Source: Octopus bimaculoides (lineage: Eukaryota). Taken from it: a stretch of 64,000 nucleotides of DNA. Below the pieces are notes generated by a model that saw nothing but the letters and a program-made list of their open reading frames with translations, did not search any database and was not told the DNA's origin. The translations under genes and the position numbers were made by a program. The stretch covers positions 65,212,534 to 65,276,533 of the forward strand of contig NC_068982.1 of assembly GCF_001194135.2 (NCBI RefSeq), in the 5' to 3' direction. Numbering within the stretch: the first letter of the stretch is position 1; each line of letters opens with the position of its first letter. Positions 40,976 to 54,480 of this stretch are shown here, piece after piece.

Positions 40976-41979
40976 TTAATATTCTCAGTTTTAATTTATT
41001 TCCCTTCTTCATATAGTAACTTTGGTACATTTGCCTCATCCCATACTCATTTTTATGTCTTGGCAGAATTTGTAAGCAGTTTTCTTGTAGTTTTTCCTTG
41101 GAAATAATTTCAAGTCATGCATGTCGAGGAAGTGGTTTATAGTTAAAGATGACTTGTTACTCGTGTGAACCTGAGAACCTTAGCAAGTCTGTCAAGGCTA
41201 GAGCTTCTCTCCTACATGTACACTTCAAGAACACACATGAAACTGTCCAAGTTATTAAAAGGTTTATAGTTTACCCATAGCATCTGTAACCAATGTAGTG
41301 TTATTCAATAGATCTTTTTTGTTTTTGTCAATGGAGTCAGGGCTAGACAAAAAGTAGGTGGGAAGGGGAGATAATGAGTCCCCTGGGAAGATTCTTCTTC
41401 CTCTAAGTATAGGACTGGTTTTAATTATCTTTTTGCTTTGAAGTGATATTATTATTTACTATCTCCACATGGCATGGCTGATGTATTTCATTAGTCCAGC
41501 ATTGAGGAGTGTGAAATACTATCAAAAGCCTTACAATAATCAAACCAAGGCATGCTTAATTTTTTTTTTTTTTCATTGGCTGCCTTAAAAATAGCAAAGT
41601 CAGTAGCCATTCTTTATGGTCATATATATTCCTTTTCAATATCCTCTCTGTTTCTCTTGTTAAATATTATTGCTCTTGAGATAAGTAAACAGCCTGTTCC
41701 AAAGTAAAGATACAAGGGCTGGGAATAGTAGAGTAATCCCGGGATTTTTGCATGGGGTTCACTTCAAATTATCCTAAATGGACTGCCCCACTATTAGGGT
41801 TTCTATTTATATATCCTTTATTATATCTTTTGATGCTGAGCTATCCTCCTTTGATCATTGTAAATCCCACCTGTTTTGTGTGTTGTATCTCATCCTTTGA
41901 TATTGTCCCCTTCCCATGTCTTGTGCCATTGTGGCGAATAAAAGAGATCATTATTATTATTATTATTATTATCATTATT

Positions 41980-42403
41980 GAGCTAGCACAATCCTTAGCA
42001 TGCCAGACAAAATGCTTAGTGGCTGGCATTTTGTATGTCTTTTCATTCTGAGTTCAAATTCCACCAAGGTTGATTTTACCGTTCATCCTTTCGGGAGCTA
42101 TGAAATAAGTAACAGTTGCATACTGGGGTTGATGTAATCAACTAGCCCCCTCCCCAAAAGTTTTAGGCTTTATGCCTATTGTTAAAAAAAGGAGCTGGCA
42201 GAATCATTAGCATGCCAGGCAAATGTGTAGTGGCATTTCATCTGTCTTTACATTGAGGTCAACTTTACCTTTCGTCCTTTCAGGGTCGATAAAATTAAGT
42301 AATAGCTGAGCATTGAGGTCACTGTAATCAACTAGTCCCCTCCCTCAAAATTTCAGACCTTGTGCCTATAGTAGAAAGAATTATTATTATTGTTGTTGTT
42401 GTT
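41980..42403 (+). mobile_element. Tandem pair of SINE family B ending in (ATT)n/(GTT)n
   Basis: Copies at about 41980-42190 and 42190-42378. Confidence 0.8.
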
Positions 42404-42936
42404 GAGTGAGAGAGCAGTGCATGTCATCAAAGTAACACTGGAGTAAAACATGAAGTCCAGTATACCCATCATGACTACACCAAGCACATGCATCATAGTC
42501 ACATGTGCATTACATGGTGACCCCCATTTCAACATAAACTGTGCATGACCTTGCAGGTGGAGCCCAGTTAGAATTTTCTTCATGTCAAGTAGCCCATCCC
42601 ACTCAAATGGTCCCTGAATAAGGGTTAAGGATGTTGAATGAAACACCCATGTCTCCAGAGGTAAATTATTCAAACTCCAAAGAATTCCTCTCAACACATG
42701 GCTATGATGTTCCCCCACTACTTCTGCTCATGATCAGAGATGCACAAATCGTCAGCCACCAAGGGACTTGTTCAAATGGTTATGGTCAAACAATTGACAA
42801 GCAAATCTGTGATATTGAGCAGAATATTTGTTGTAGCCCATCTTTTGTACCAAGACAAAACAATGTACATGATAACACTTCCAATCAGTTAAGATCAGAA
42901 GCCATGAGAGCCACTGCCTGGTACTGCATTAGGGCA
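42404..42936 (-). mobile_element. Family G: about 530-bp (AAT)n-bounded retroposon-like element without a tRNA head
   Basis: Second, 5'-truncated copy at 43336-43746; both end in an (AAT/CAA)n tail; no coding motif recognised. Confidence 0.6.
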
Positions 42937-42937
42937 T

Positions 42938-43319
42938 TTATTATTATTTTCTCTTTATCACAGGTTTTGTTGGAGCTCTTGGAGTCTTGCATGCATAGCG
43001 GGCTTACTACCTGCAGCTTACGGTACCATGCTATTCATTCTTTTTAGCTACCTCATACTTTCCTGATTATTCTGGCTGTGCCAAGGAGGCAAACCTTTTG
43101 TAACAGTTCTACTGGGCACTCTATTCCAATTTCCCTTATATTCCTCTTGATGCCTTCTGATACTGTTCCCAAGGACCCAACAATAATTAGCACTATCTTC
43201 ACCTTCTTCATTTTCCATAGCAAGGCTATTTCATACTTAAGAGGGTTGTATGTATCTATCTTTGCACCTTCCTTCTCGACTATTTGTGGGCCAAAGAGGC
43301 ATGCAACATCAAATATATA
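42938..43319 (-). mobile_element. 3' fragment of an R4/Dong-type non-LTR retrotransposon (restriction-like endonuclease C-terminus + 3'UTR + (AAT)n)
   Basis: Minus frame 43319-43053 reads YIFDVACLFGPQIVEKEGAKIDTYNPLKYEIALLWKMKKVKIVLIIVGSLGTVSEGIKRNIREIGIECPVELLQKVCLLGTARIIRKV*, matching the Rex6/Dong pattern IDVA.P...I.EKE.EK...Y..LK.E...LW...VG.LG...LQK..LLGTA.ILR. Not in the ORF track. Confidence 0.85.
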
Positions 43320-43335
43320 GCGTATTATTATTATT

Positions 43336-43746
43336 GAGTGAGAGAGCAGTGCACGCCATCAAAGTGACACTGGGGTAAAATATACGAAGCCCAGTACACC
43401 CATCATGACTACCTGTCTGATAAAGTTACACTAGGCATATGCATCACAACCATATGTGCATGATATAATGATTTCATATCAAGATAAACAGCACATGACC
43501 TTGCAGCTGAGGCCCAATTAGAATTTTCTTCATGTCAAGTAACCCATCCCGCTCAAAAGGACCCTGAATAAGGGTTGTTTAGGATGTTGAACAAAACACC
43601 CATGTTTCCAAAAGTGAATTATCCAAACTCCTTAGAATTCCTCTTAACACATGGCTATGATGCTCCCACGCTACTTCTACTCATGATCAGAGATGCACAT
43701 ATTGTCAGCCACTAAGGGACATACATGCTTGACTAGTTAAGGTCAG
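43336..43746 (-). mobile_element. Family G second copy (5'-truncated)
   Basis: Aligns by eye with 42404-42790. Confidence 0.6.
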
Positions 43747-44049
43747 ATGAAGAACAAAGAGCAGCAATGTCAAATTCTTCACCCTTCACTGCAAATGAAT
43801 AATCTTATTAATCTCTCCTATTGCAACACTTCAGATTTTGACTATTCTTTTAGTCTTTTACTAGTTCCATTCAATCAACGGACTTTGACTATGCTGGAGC
43901 ACCACTGTAAGGTTATAAACAATTATAGCTCATCCTGGTACTTTCGACTGGTACTTATTTCATTATGTATAGGACAGAAGTCTATATCAACTTTGACTGA
44001 TATTTGAAGCTGACTTCCCAACTACGTAATTTTGAGTTGTCATACTGTA

Positions 44050-44385
44050 TGACACATTGGACAAGTATCTTCTACTATAGCCCCAGACCAGCCAAAGCCT
44101 TGTGAGTGGATTTGGTGGACAGAAGCTGAAAGAAGCCTATCATGTGTGTGTGTTACTGTTTTCTTGCCATGACATCACATGATAATTGTAAATGAGTGTC
44201 TCCATCACACAAGAAATTTCCTTCGTTTCTAATCTTTCATGAAAACGTGTCTGATCATGGAGGAATATTAAATTACTTAGGAACAGGTGAGGGTTAGTGA
44301 CAATCCATCTCAATAAATTCTGTCCGACCAATGTGAGGTTAGAGAGGTTAGGGAAATAGACATTAAAACCATGATGATGATGAAT
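44050..44385 (+). mobile_element. Family C head joined to alternative tail F (tail F also at about 9975-10180, 25545-25715, 26968-27210, 57600-57805, 61985-62140)
   Basis: After the microsatellite the sequence continues CATGAAAAC.TGTCTG..CATGG.GGAATATTA...ACAGGTGAGGGTT...(GAT)n instead of the usual C tail. Confidence 0.6.
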
Positions 44386-45973
44386 GTAAAGAAGCAAAAC
44401 CAAACACCACAAGGTACTTTATCTAACGCTCTACTGATTCTACCAACCACCATGTGTCTTAACATCAGTACACAAATGGGAACCAGTGTTTAATAACTTG
44501 AACACCACTTAACTGGAACATTCAACACACCACTGAAAATTCTTTTCAAGAGAATCCCTATTAAAGGGTTTAAAAAACTGTGTTTGTATGTGTGTGTGTG
44601 TGAGAGAGAGAGAGAGCAGAAAGAGGGAGGGAGAGAACAGAAAGAGGGAGGGAGAGAACAGAAAGAGTGGGTGGGGAGAATGTGTGTATATGTTACCTCT
44701 TCTATTTCTCCCAAATCAACACATTGATATTTCTATTCCCAAAGTACCTGATGTGTGCATGTGTTAATGTGTGTGTGTGAGTGTGTGTGTGTGTGTGTAA
44801 GGGGTATGAAAACACCTTCCATTTTATACATTTCACTCTTGTGCGGAAAAAAGAAGTGTTGTGTTCTTAGTTGAGGAGCTGTGTTTTGATCTTCAACTGA
44901 CGCTGACAAATTATGACGTGTCTCTCTAAAAGATGACTAGAATGTGGCTGTGTGTGTGTGTGTGTGTGTGTGTCTGTGTGCATGCATGTGTGTTATGTAT
45001 GTGTATGGAGAGCAGGGGGGATGCACTTTCTTTGTTGTTTTGATTTCTTTACTGCTGGCCCTCCCTATTTTTCTCATATATCTCTCTCCATACCTCATCC
45101 TTTCACTCTCATTTGCTCTTTTCCATAACAAAGCAATATTGATGTCGTGTTTTGAGAGAGCTGAAGCTCGGATGTGCTGTGTGTTATATATGATGTATGT
45201 GTAACTTTATCTGTGTGTGTGTGTGTGTGTGTGTGCAAGTGCAAGTGCATGCACATATGGATGTATGTAATGGTGTGTGTGGAGGTATGATAGTATGCAC
45301 TGCATAGGGGAAGATGATTCATGGTGCAAGGTATAGACAACAGGGTTGCTGTTGGCAGGGATTTGGCAATGTGGAAGTCATACTGTCAACTGGCACCTAT
45401 TTTTATTACAAATATATTAATGGAAGCTCCTCGTCATTCTAGAGAAAACACTCAACAATACCACCACCCTCCACTTCTTCCCTTCTTCAGTGTACAATGA
45501 GATCAAGAGGTGGAGCAGGCTTTTCCAACGCTTGTTGCTATGTTACAATGAATGACTTGACTCCCTTTAAAACTGGTTCTGTAATTCAAAGGAGTTCACC
45601 TTTGTCTTAGTCCACTAATAAACACTGCCATTACCATCGACACCACCATCCCACCAATATCACCATCATCATCATCACTACTACTCTTGCATTAACATTA
45701 CTAAGGTAGCACCATCACAATCATGAAGCTCATCATTATTATTATAATTATTAGGTCAGTGAGCTGGCAGAATTTTTAGCATACCAGGCAAAATGCTTAG
45801 TGGCATTTCATCCATCTTTACATTCTGAGTTCAAATTCTGCCAAAGTTGAGTTTGCCTTTCATCCATTTGGGGTTGATAAAATAAGTACCAGTTGAACAC
45901 TGGAATCAATGTATCTCCTCCATTGAAACTGCTGGCCTTGTGCCAAAATTTGAAATCATCATCATCATTATTA

Positions 45974-46326
45974 TTATCTCTGCCTTAGCGAAGGTGGAGG
46001 TATTGTTTTCAGTTACGCTTGCTTGTTTGTTTGTCCATGGACAAGATATCTCAAGAACCACTGGATGGATTAAGATGAAACTTTCAGGGATGTTTGGCTT
46101 TGTGACTGGCACAACCTAATTAGATTTTGAGATTGATCTGGTACCAGACAAGGATTCTGGATTATTTTTCATGTTTTTTTACTTGATTTTTGAGAGCAGT
46201 CAAGTTCATTTCTAGTATTCATGTTTGTGAGAGTTTATTTCAGATATTCTCATTTTAAAAATCATCTTATTGAGAGGATGCTGGTGTTGCCTTGACGGAG
46301 GTTTGTGCTCTCTGAGTGCTCTTGTT
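45974..46326 (+). mobile_element. Helentron-associated (HINE/DINE-1-like) non-autonomous element
   Basis: 5' hairpin CTCTGCCTT-AGCG-AAGGTGGAG (45978-45999), GCTT/GTTT microsatellite, 3' subterminal repeat GACGGAGGT (46294-46302), 3' stem-loop GTGCTC-TCT-GAGTGC, ends in TT-rich sequence. Confidence 0.6.
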
Positions 46327-46339
46327 GTTGTTACTACTA

Positions 46340-46371
<32 letters not shown>

Positions 46372-46407
46372 ATTATTATTATTATTATTATTATCATTAT
46401 TATTATT

Positions 46408-46699
46408 CAGTAGTTTTATTTTTATAACATGCTTTCACTTCACTACCGAGTGCTGCTCTGTGTGCCTTGGGTATGTGCTGTGGTTTGCTGTGATGCTCTT
46501 ATGGTTACTGTATTGAAAGTGTTTTGCGTAGGATGTGTGCAGTGCCCAGTAGTGCAATTTTCTGTATGTTATATATATTTGTAAGTCCTGGTGTTTTTGT
46601 TATGTATTTGTCTGAATATTTTTTTATTATACCTAAGGCACATACTGTGATAGGAATTGTTTCTGTTTTTAGATTCCACATTCAAGTTACCTCTATTTC
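46408..46699 (-). mobile_element. 3' fragment of a second R4/Dong-type family
   Basis: Minus frame 46699-46505: EIEVT*MWNLKTETIPITVCALGIIKKYSDKYITKTPGLTNIYNIQKIALLGTAHILRKTLSIQ*; 3'UTR ends in (AAT)n at about 46372-46407. Confidence 0.85.
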
Positions 46700-48529
46700 G
46701 GCATTTCTTTCTGCTCTTTATGTTCTGAGTTCAAATTCCGCTGAGGTCAATTTATCTTTCAACCTCCTGTAGTGGAGAAGCGTCAATAAAATAAGTACCT
46801 GTCAAGTATTGTAGTCAATGTGATCAACTAACCCTATCCTCCTAAAATTACCGACCCTGTGCCAAAATTTTAACCCATTATTGTCACCATTGCCATCACT
46901 TGCCAGTACTATCATCACCATATCTAATTTTTCATCAACATCATTAAAAGAAGACGTCTCAACATAGTCCCTTAACTTGCTAGAAATAGTTGATAAATAA
47001 CCCTCATATATTACACTTTTCTCTTGAGAAAAGAAAATATACCTTGTATTATGTAGTTGTGGACACACACTCCTAAAAAGACAGGAATGCCTATGATTAT
47101 GGATCAGCCCTGACCTTGAACTGAACAACAACTACTTGCACCACATTAATGTTGCCTACTACTATTATATAATTGCTGTTATCAATGATATCTACCATCA
47201 CCACCACCAACAACAACAACAACAATACCACTACTGTCATATCTATCACCCTGTTGCGCCATCACTGCCATTGCCACCACCACCCTCTTGCCCCCTGCTG
47301 CTCTGTTTCCCCCTCCCCATCACCCTGTTGCTATCTATACTATAACCACCACCATGTTGCCACCACTGCCACTGGTACCACCAACACCACCCTGTTGTTA
47401 TCACCGCCACTGGTGCCACCAACACCACCCTGTTGCCACAACTACCACTGGTACTACCACCATAACCCACTTGCCTCTTCCACCCTGTTGTTCCTGTCAC
47501 CTTTTTGCTATCAATACTGTCACTACCAACAACAACCACAGGATACACAACCTCTACATCTTATCTCTGTCACTAATACCCCACCATGACCACCACCAAG
47601 AAACATTGCATACATACACTGGACTTGTGCTTGCACCAATACCACCACACTCTGCAACCATTATATACCACCAATACTACCACATCCTACAACCACTGTT
47701 ACATGCATACACTACACATCACACTAGTGCTAGCACAATAATTTACCAATGACTAGGTTTGACCACTGCTTGTTGCTAACTACAGTTCTTTGTTTATCTA
47801 CAGTGCTATTGCCCACTGACCATTTATTGTGATGATTTTCTTGTTGATCATAATTTCATCACCACCTTCAACACCACCCACCATCACTACCACTGCCACA
47901 TCTTCCATCCTTCACCACCACCATCACCATTACATTGTCTGCTGATCATTTATTGTAATGGCCATTTGTTGGTGGGACTTCATCACCAGCATCACCACAA
48001 CCACCATCATCAGCACCTTCACCAAAAGCCATCACCACAACGGGGTGGGATGGAGGTGGGAGTGTCTTACTCATTGCAGAGGCATCTTTTTCATATTCTT
48101 TGGCCATTGTTTAACTGGTTTTGGGGAATTTACAACAACAACAGTGGTGGCAGCAGCCATAGCAATGACAAACGACAAAAGCAATACTAATAATATTAAC
48201 CACTACAACAATGAAGATGACAGAGGGATGACTTATGTAAAGAATGTGAAGCATGAGTGTATAATTGTATGTAAACACACCACTCCCAAATGTGTGTGTG
48301 TGTGTGTGTTTGGGTAGATGTGTGTGTGTCTGCTTGTGTGTCTGTATAAAAGAGAGAATGTTAGGAAAAATGTGTACATTAAACAACCAATTGTTTTATG
48401 TATTTCAGCAAAAATTTGTTAAAAAGCCACCTTAGATTAAACAGGCCACATGCGTGCACACACGCACATGCACACACACTAGCATACACATATACACATT
48501 TAAACAAACTCTCCTCTCTTTCACTGTCC

Positions 48530-48566
<37 letters not shown>

Positions 48567-49895
48567 CAGCTGTTGGTATCCAAATGACTTGTTTAGTATT
48601 TCTCTAGCTTTCTCTCTTCAATATGGAATTTATCTCTCTACAACAGGCCAGCCCAACATGTGGTCTACCTCAGACCACATGTAGCCCTCAAGGACACTCA
48701 AAGAAGCAGTCTGTAATCAATTTGAAAATAAAAAATAAATATTTATTTATAAGCAAGCTAAAAAACAGCCAGTCAAAATAGATTGTATATTGTCGTTGTC
48801 TGGACCCAGGTCATCCTTGATGGAACAGGTTTATGGTCAAAGCAATTCAACCATGGCTGTCCCATCTTTGTTCATGGTATAATGTATTCAAGACTGCATT
48901 TTCCTACATACACATTTCTTTCTCCTTTCCAAATAGTAAGGCAATACAATTTGAGGAAGATTCTGCTACTATTTCTCACAGTTCAAGCAACCATATAGAG
49001 GCCACCTTCTTAGCTCTAAGGAAATAGACTTATGATCAAAAGACATTTTCAACCTGCAAGAAATAGCAACCAAATCTCTCTCAAATCATGCTGTACTGTC
49101 TTAAAGAAAGAGACCTATTTGGATAAGGTGATCTCAGACACTTCATATGTGAAATATAGTTATTTTAGTCATATCAGCATAGAATAGAAAATTTCTTGCT
49201 CAAAATCAAAAGCCTCCTTCCTGTACCTTATGTATGATTTTATGATTTAAAAACATTACCAAATATAATTAAAGCATTCATTTACTTATGAAAATCTATA
49301 GCAATATACATATTTCATTTTTCATTAACAACATATTGACCTTATTGCTCCTTAACTTATAGAATTCTAATCTAAAAGCCATCAATGTACTGAAGTATAT
49401 TTAAATGTTTAAAACATATATAGTAATTAAAACATATATAGTGATTTAAAACATATATAGTCTTACTGTGGAATGAGTTGTTTTTTTTTATTTCAAGCTC
49501 AATTTCACAGCAAAATTATGTAGATAAAAGGGGAACTGGTTTCTAGCTTGTTAGCCTTCAGACATAGACATGGCTTGGTGGTTAAGAAGCTCGCTTTGCA
49601 GCCATGTGGTTTCGAGTTCAGTCCCACTTCACAGCACCTTGGATAAGTGTCTTCTACTATTATAATCCCAGGTTGACCAGTGACTTGAAAGTGAATACAG
49701 CAGATGGAAACTGTGTGGAAGTTTGTCATGTGTGTGTGTTTGTGATCCCAAAATTTAGCAGATTGGCAAAAGAGACCTATAGAATAAGCACCAAACTTTA
49801 AAAATAAGTATTGGAGTTGGTTTGTTCAGCTAAACCCTCTTTGAGGCAGTGCACCAGCATAGCCACAGTCTAATAATTTAAACAAGTAAAAGATA

Positions 49896-49940
<45 letters not shown>

Positions 49941-51517
49941 TACATACAGGTATGGTGATGCAAACAGGAAAAATAGAACTCCAAATATGAGTATATGTAT
50001 ATTTTTATTAATATTTAGCAGAAGCAACAGTGTGGCTCAAGAGCCAAGGGTTTGAGTTTGTACTTAGGAGGAGTTAGCTAACAATGCCACAAACAAACAC
50101 ACACCGATTTTCCACATATGTAGTAGATATATATATATGTTGAAGGGAAAAAAATTTATTAAAAATGGATGTAGGAATAACTTATTTGCATGTTATAAAA
50201 TTATGAAAATTTCTTTTAAAAAACATAACAGTACAAATAAATTGATTACAAGTTGTAAAACTTTAAAAAATGAAATAAAGGAACTTATAAATATGCTTCA
50301 GTCCTATCATCTAGTTGATCAGAAGTTCTCAACATTTGATTAAATGCTAAGAAAGGTATCATATTCTAATTATATGGGGCAGGACTTCTTCAGGGTTAAT
50401 TATGAGCTTATGGAGCTTAGGTTATCATTTTTCTTTTGAAGGATGCGTACAGAGTATTAGTGAGTTTAAGAAGTTAAAAGTTATGTATAGTAAGTGTATC
50501 TAAGTGATGGGTTCTATGTATTCATGAATATATTAATTATTTATATATATATATATATCTGCACTGCTAGAAAAATCAACTAGAGCTTCCTGAAATCACA
50601 TCCTATGTCTCAAAAATATGGAAGGACACATTTGATAATATAGTTTTGGCTACAACACTGTACCAAAAAGAAAAAAACAAAAGACAAGGTAGTCATATCT
50701 AGAACACATATAATTATAGGTCTGCTCTATCAAGCTGATCTACGAATAAGCAACAGTAAAAGAAACATACTTTTCTGAATATTTACTTTAGTTATCATGT
50801 ACTTGGTGCGAACAAAATAGTTGTCAAAAAGTATTAATATGTAAATTAACTTACTCTCTCCTAAAGGTTAAACAACACTTTCTGTAAGCTGGTCAGGGAG
50901 CTACTACATGGTCGTTTAACTTTCAGAAATAGCAGTTTAATCTCCTTCAAACATCACCTAGCCTAACAATTTAAAAATGGGAAAGAACACATTATGTAAT
51001 CAATCTACACTGCCAATTTTTCCCAAGAAGGTCATTGAAATACCTCAGGGTCCTATTAGAAGAAGCAACTGCCATTACACTTTCCTGCTGGATTCCCAAA
51101 TGTGACTAATTGAGACTATGGATATTATCCAATCATCTCACTCTCAGTTAGCTCAGATTAAAGAATTTGTCTTGTGACATTCTAGCTACATGGTCGTATT
51201 ACTGGAGCTGTGATCTCTCAATACGGAAAAGTTACAGCTCAACCTTGAGCGATTCCCTGATTTCCAAACTATCCCTTCTGTCATGTGACATTACTCCTGA
51301 GGTCCTTCAGAGAAATGCATTTTGGCCACTTTTATCTAATGTTATAATCCGTATATATATATATATATNNNNNNNNNNNNNNNNNNNNNNNNNNNNNNNN
51401 NNNNNNNNNNNNNNNNNNNNNNNNNNNNNNNNNNNNNNNNNNNNNNNNNNNNNNNNNNNNNNNNNNNNNNNNNNNNNNNNNNNNNNNNNNNNNNNNNNNN
51501 NNNNNNNNNNNNNNNNT

Positions 51518-51560
<43 letters not shown>

Positions 51561-51628
51561 TGACCAGTTTATGGGGTCAACTGGGGTTTCACGTCCATAA
51601 AGTGCTTAGCTTTACAACGTCTCTGGGT

Positions 51629-51675
<47 letters not shown>

Positions 51676-54387
51676 CATAACCCTTTAATTAATGCACTGT
51701 TAGAAAAAATCAACTAGATAGTTATGGACAGGATAGTTATGGGTTGGTTTATATGTATTTGAACATAAGTTAGCTCAACCTGAGCTGACTTAGAGGCCAC
51801 ACAACATTTTCTCTGTAACAATAAGCTGCTATATCACGATAAAAGAGCAAGAAACTGGACTTGCCATTACCTATGCCATAAATCATAAAGTTTTAATGGT
51901 AATTGTACAGGAAATTATAATGTTTGATTTTTTTTTTCTCCGAAAGCATTAATGATATAGCTGCAGTAATGTGCTTCCTACTGGGATTGAAACCTTGTTG
52001 CAGACTCTCTTCATTGAAATTTTGCCACTGCACTCTGGTGTTCACTGCCACATGTGATGAGGATAATAACAGTAATCCTATTTTTGGATAAAGAACTGGA
52101 GCAATATTCACTCTTTCTTGCCATTTCAACTAAAATTTCTGAGAACCAGAATAGTTTACAAGAATACAAGCAAACCATTTCAATAATGTTACTCCCCACA
52201 GAGAAATCTCCGTGTATGTTGACAGTATCATAGTTCTGTATGTACAACCTATTACAAAGATCCCTCAGCTTGAAGATTTCAATCTCCAGGAACTGGCCTA
52301 TTTATTTTGTTATTATTTAAAGAATTCTCCTTACTGCTGTGTTGACTTTTGCTCAATGAATCCTTTTTTTAGAGAAGGTAAATTTTATAACTTTTTTTCT
52401 ATATTCTGCAACATTATTTTATACTCGGTGTTAGAAAGCATAGTGCAAAAAATATGCCTTAGACTTTTGTGGAGAGATTTTTATGCTAGATTATCTGCTT
52501 GCTTACTTTGGGTTTAGTCTTTCATTTAGTCTTCTTATTTGTGCATTAAATATTTTTATCAATTTCTTTTTCCTATAATAAGAAATCTATATTAGTCTAT
52601 ATTACCTGACTATTTAAAAAGTAAGCAAACTTTGTCCTGTGACAGAATCTAAATATTGAAATATTGAAAGCTAGTCACAAACAGTTTCTGTGTATGAGCT
52701 TAATTATATCATTACTAGCTGTTACATTACGATAGCCTGAAGAGATAGAGANNNNNNNNNNGGGGGGGGGGGGGAGTACATAGTTTCAAACTTATGTGAA
52801 TCAGCTCACAGTTGAATGTGAGCTGATTCACAGCATTGAAGCTCATTGTTAGATTGTCATTGCCTGTGAGAGTTATCTTCCCCAAACATCAGTTTCTAAG
52901 GTCACTAATGAATTGAGTCAAGACCAGATCTTTCATCAAGTCCAGTATCATTTCATGATGTAGCTGATGATTAATAACAGAATCATAAGCAGCTGTTGAA
53001 AAGTATCTTTTGTATAGCTAGTCAGGCTTAACAGCTGGCCTCTTCATTATTTCTCATTGTCACCATCACCACCACTATCAGTTTGCTAAGTTGCTTTGCT
53101 GGCATGAATAGCACAGCAAAAAAACAAAAAAAAATGGGTTGGAAGCTATAGAATTATCATTTACCCTTCCTATCAATTGAGGTATTTTATGGATGGTTAA
53201 TAACCTGATTAAAACAACAAAAGGCGCCAGTTGGGAACTTAAGCTGTGACATGTTTTATCTCTCCCAGGAAAAAAATTTATCAGGACATATGACTTCAAC
53301 GTTATTTGATACATTAATATACAAGCACCATCTTTTTTCAGATATGAATAATATTGTAAAATCAAGATTTGGGTCTTCTCTTTTTGGTAGAAAATTAAGT
53401 TTCTCTATGATAGTTATTGTGCTTGTGGTTAAAAACTTCATCCTTTCCTACTGTTTTGTACCATATCCAATTCTAGCTAATAAAGCTCCCTGCCACACTC
53501 ATTTGTTTGTCAACTCATGTTTTGCAGTATATTCTAGCTGTTCACATTCTGAGTTCAAATTCCTCCAAGGTCAACTTTGTCTTTTATATTTCTGAGGTTG
53601 ATAAAATAAAGTACCAGTCAAGTACTGGGGTTGATGATTATCAACTTATTCCTTTCTCTTGAAACTGTTGGCCTTGTGCCTAAATCAGAAACCATTACAT
53701 AGTGGTAGCAGAAACTGCAGAAGTTACCAATATGACTGTTTTTGTTATGAGTTCTTGCTTGTTATGTAAGTTGGGGCTGGTCCTATGCAGGATAATTGAT
53801 CCAAATAGATTTTTGATTGCGGACTTGACCAAATACTGTAGTGGTGCATACAAAACAATAGATAGGTTAATCAACTATAAATATTTTGTACAATGAAATA
53901 AAAGTTTGTTGTCTGTTGTATTGCCAACTAGTCTATTCTGTTTTAAATATACTACACATTAATTAATCCAGTCTTTGGATCAATCATTGTAGTTTGTAGA
54001 CTGTAATCACATATACACAGCTCTTACCACCATCTAACCATTTTGTGTAGGTTAGAAGGTTACCATACAAAGATGTTGGCATTTAAATGAAGTAGAATTA
54101 TGTGGGATCTGATTAACACCCATACATACCTTTACAGTATTATAATATTGAATGAACAAAGGAGTTGCTGTATGGCCACTCAGTATGCTAGAAATTGCAG
54201 CCAAACTCTTCCGTCTTTGAATAAGGAAATAACACATTAGATATAGTTCAGTTTCCCTAGAAATACAGATGGTTACAGTTGGAATGCCATTGGTGTATCT
54301 GCTGCAAGATTAACCTGGAACCAAACAACAGCAAATATTTTAAAACAAGCATTATAAGATGGGCAGTGTTCAGAACATACTTTTGTC

Positions 54388-54480
54388 TGAATGTAATTAA
54401 TTTGTTACATTAATAGACTGAATATAATTAATTTGTTACATTAATAGACTGAATGTAATTAATTTGTTACATTAATAGAC
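54388..54480. repeat. 31-bp minisatellite x3
   Basis: TGAATGTAATTAATTTGTTACATTAATAGAC, three copies, one substitution. Confidence 0.95.

Noticed and set aside
42631-43320. Plus-strand ORFs of 138 and 80 aa
   Set aside because: They are antisense to family G and the Dong fragment; the meaningful frame is on the minus strand.
46919-47022. Minus-strand exon-like stretch EKSVIYEGYLSTISSKLRDY... (PH-domain-like start)
   Set aside because: Weak donor (GTGATG), no further PH motifs, squeezed between repeats.
47173-47752. Pro/Thr/His-rich ORFs
   Set aside because: Degenerate CCA-rich minisatellite with CACCCTGTTG subunits; compositional artefact.
52011-52300. Minus frame with NIHGDFSVGS...CGSEHQ resembling an APE endonuclease of a LINE
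   Set aside because: Motif spacing is longer than in RTE endonucleases and flanking motifs are missing; needs a profile search.
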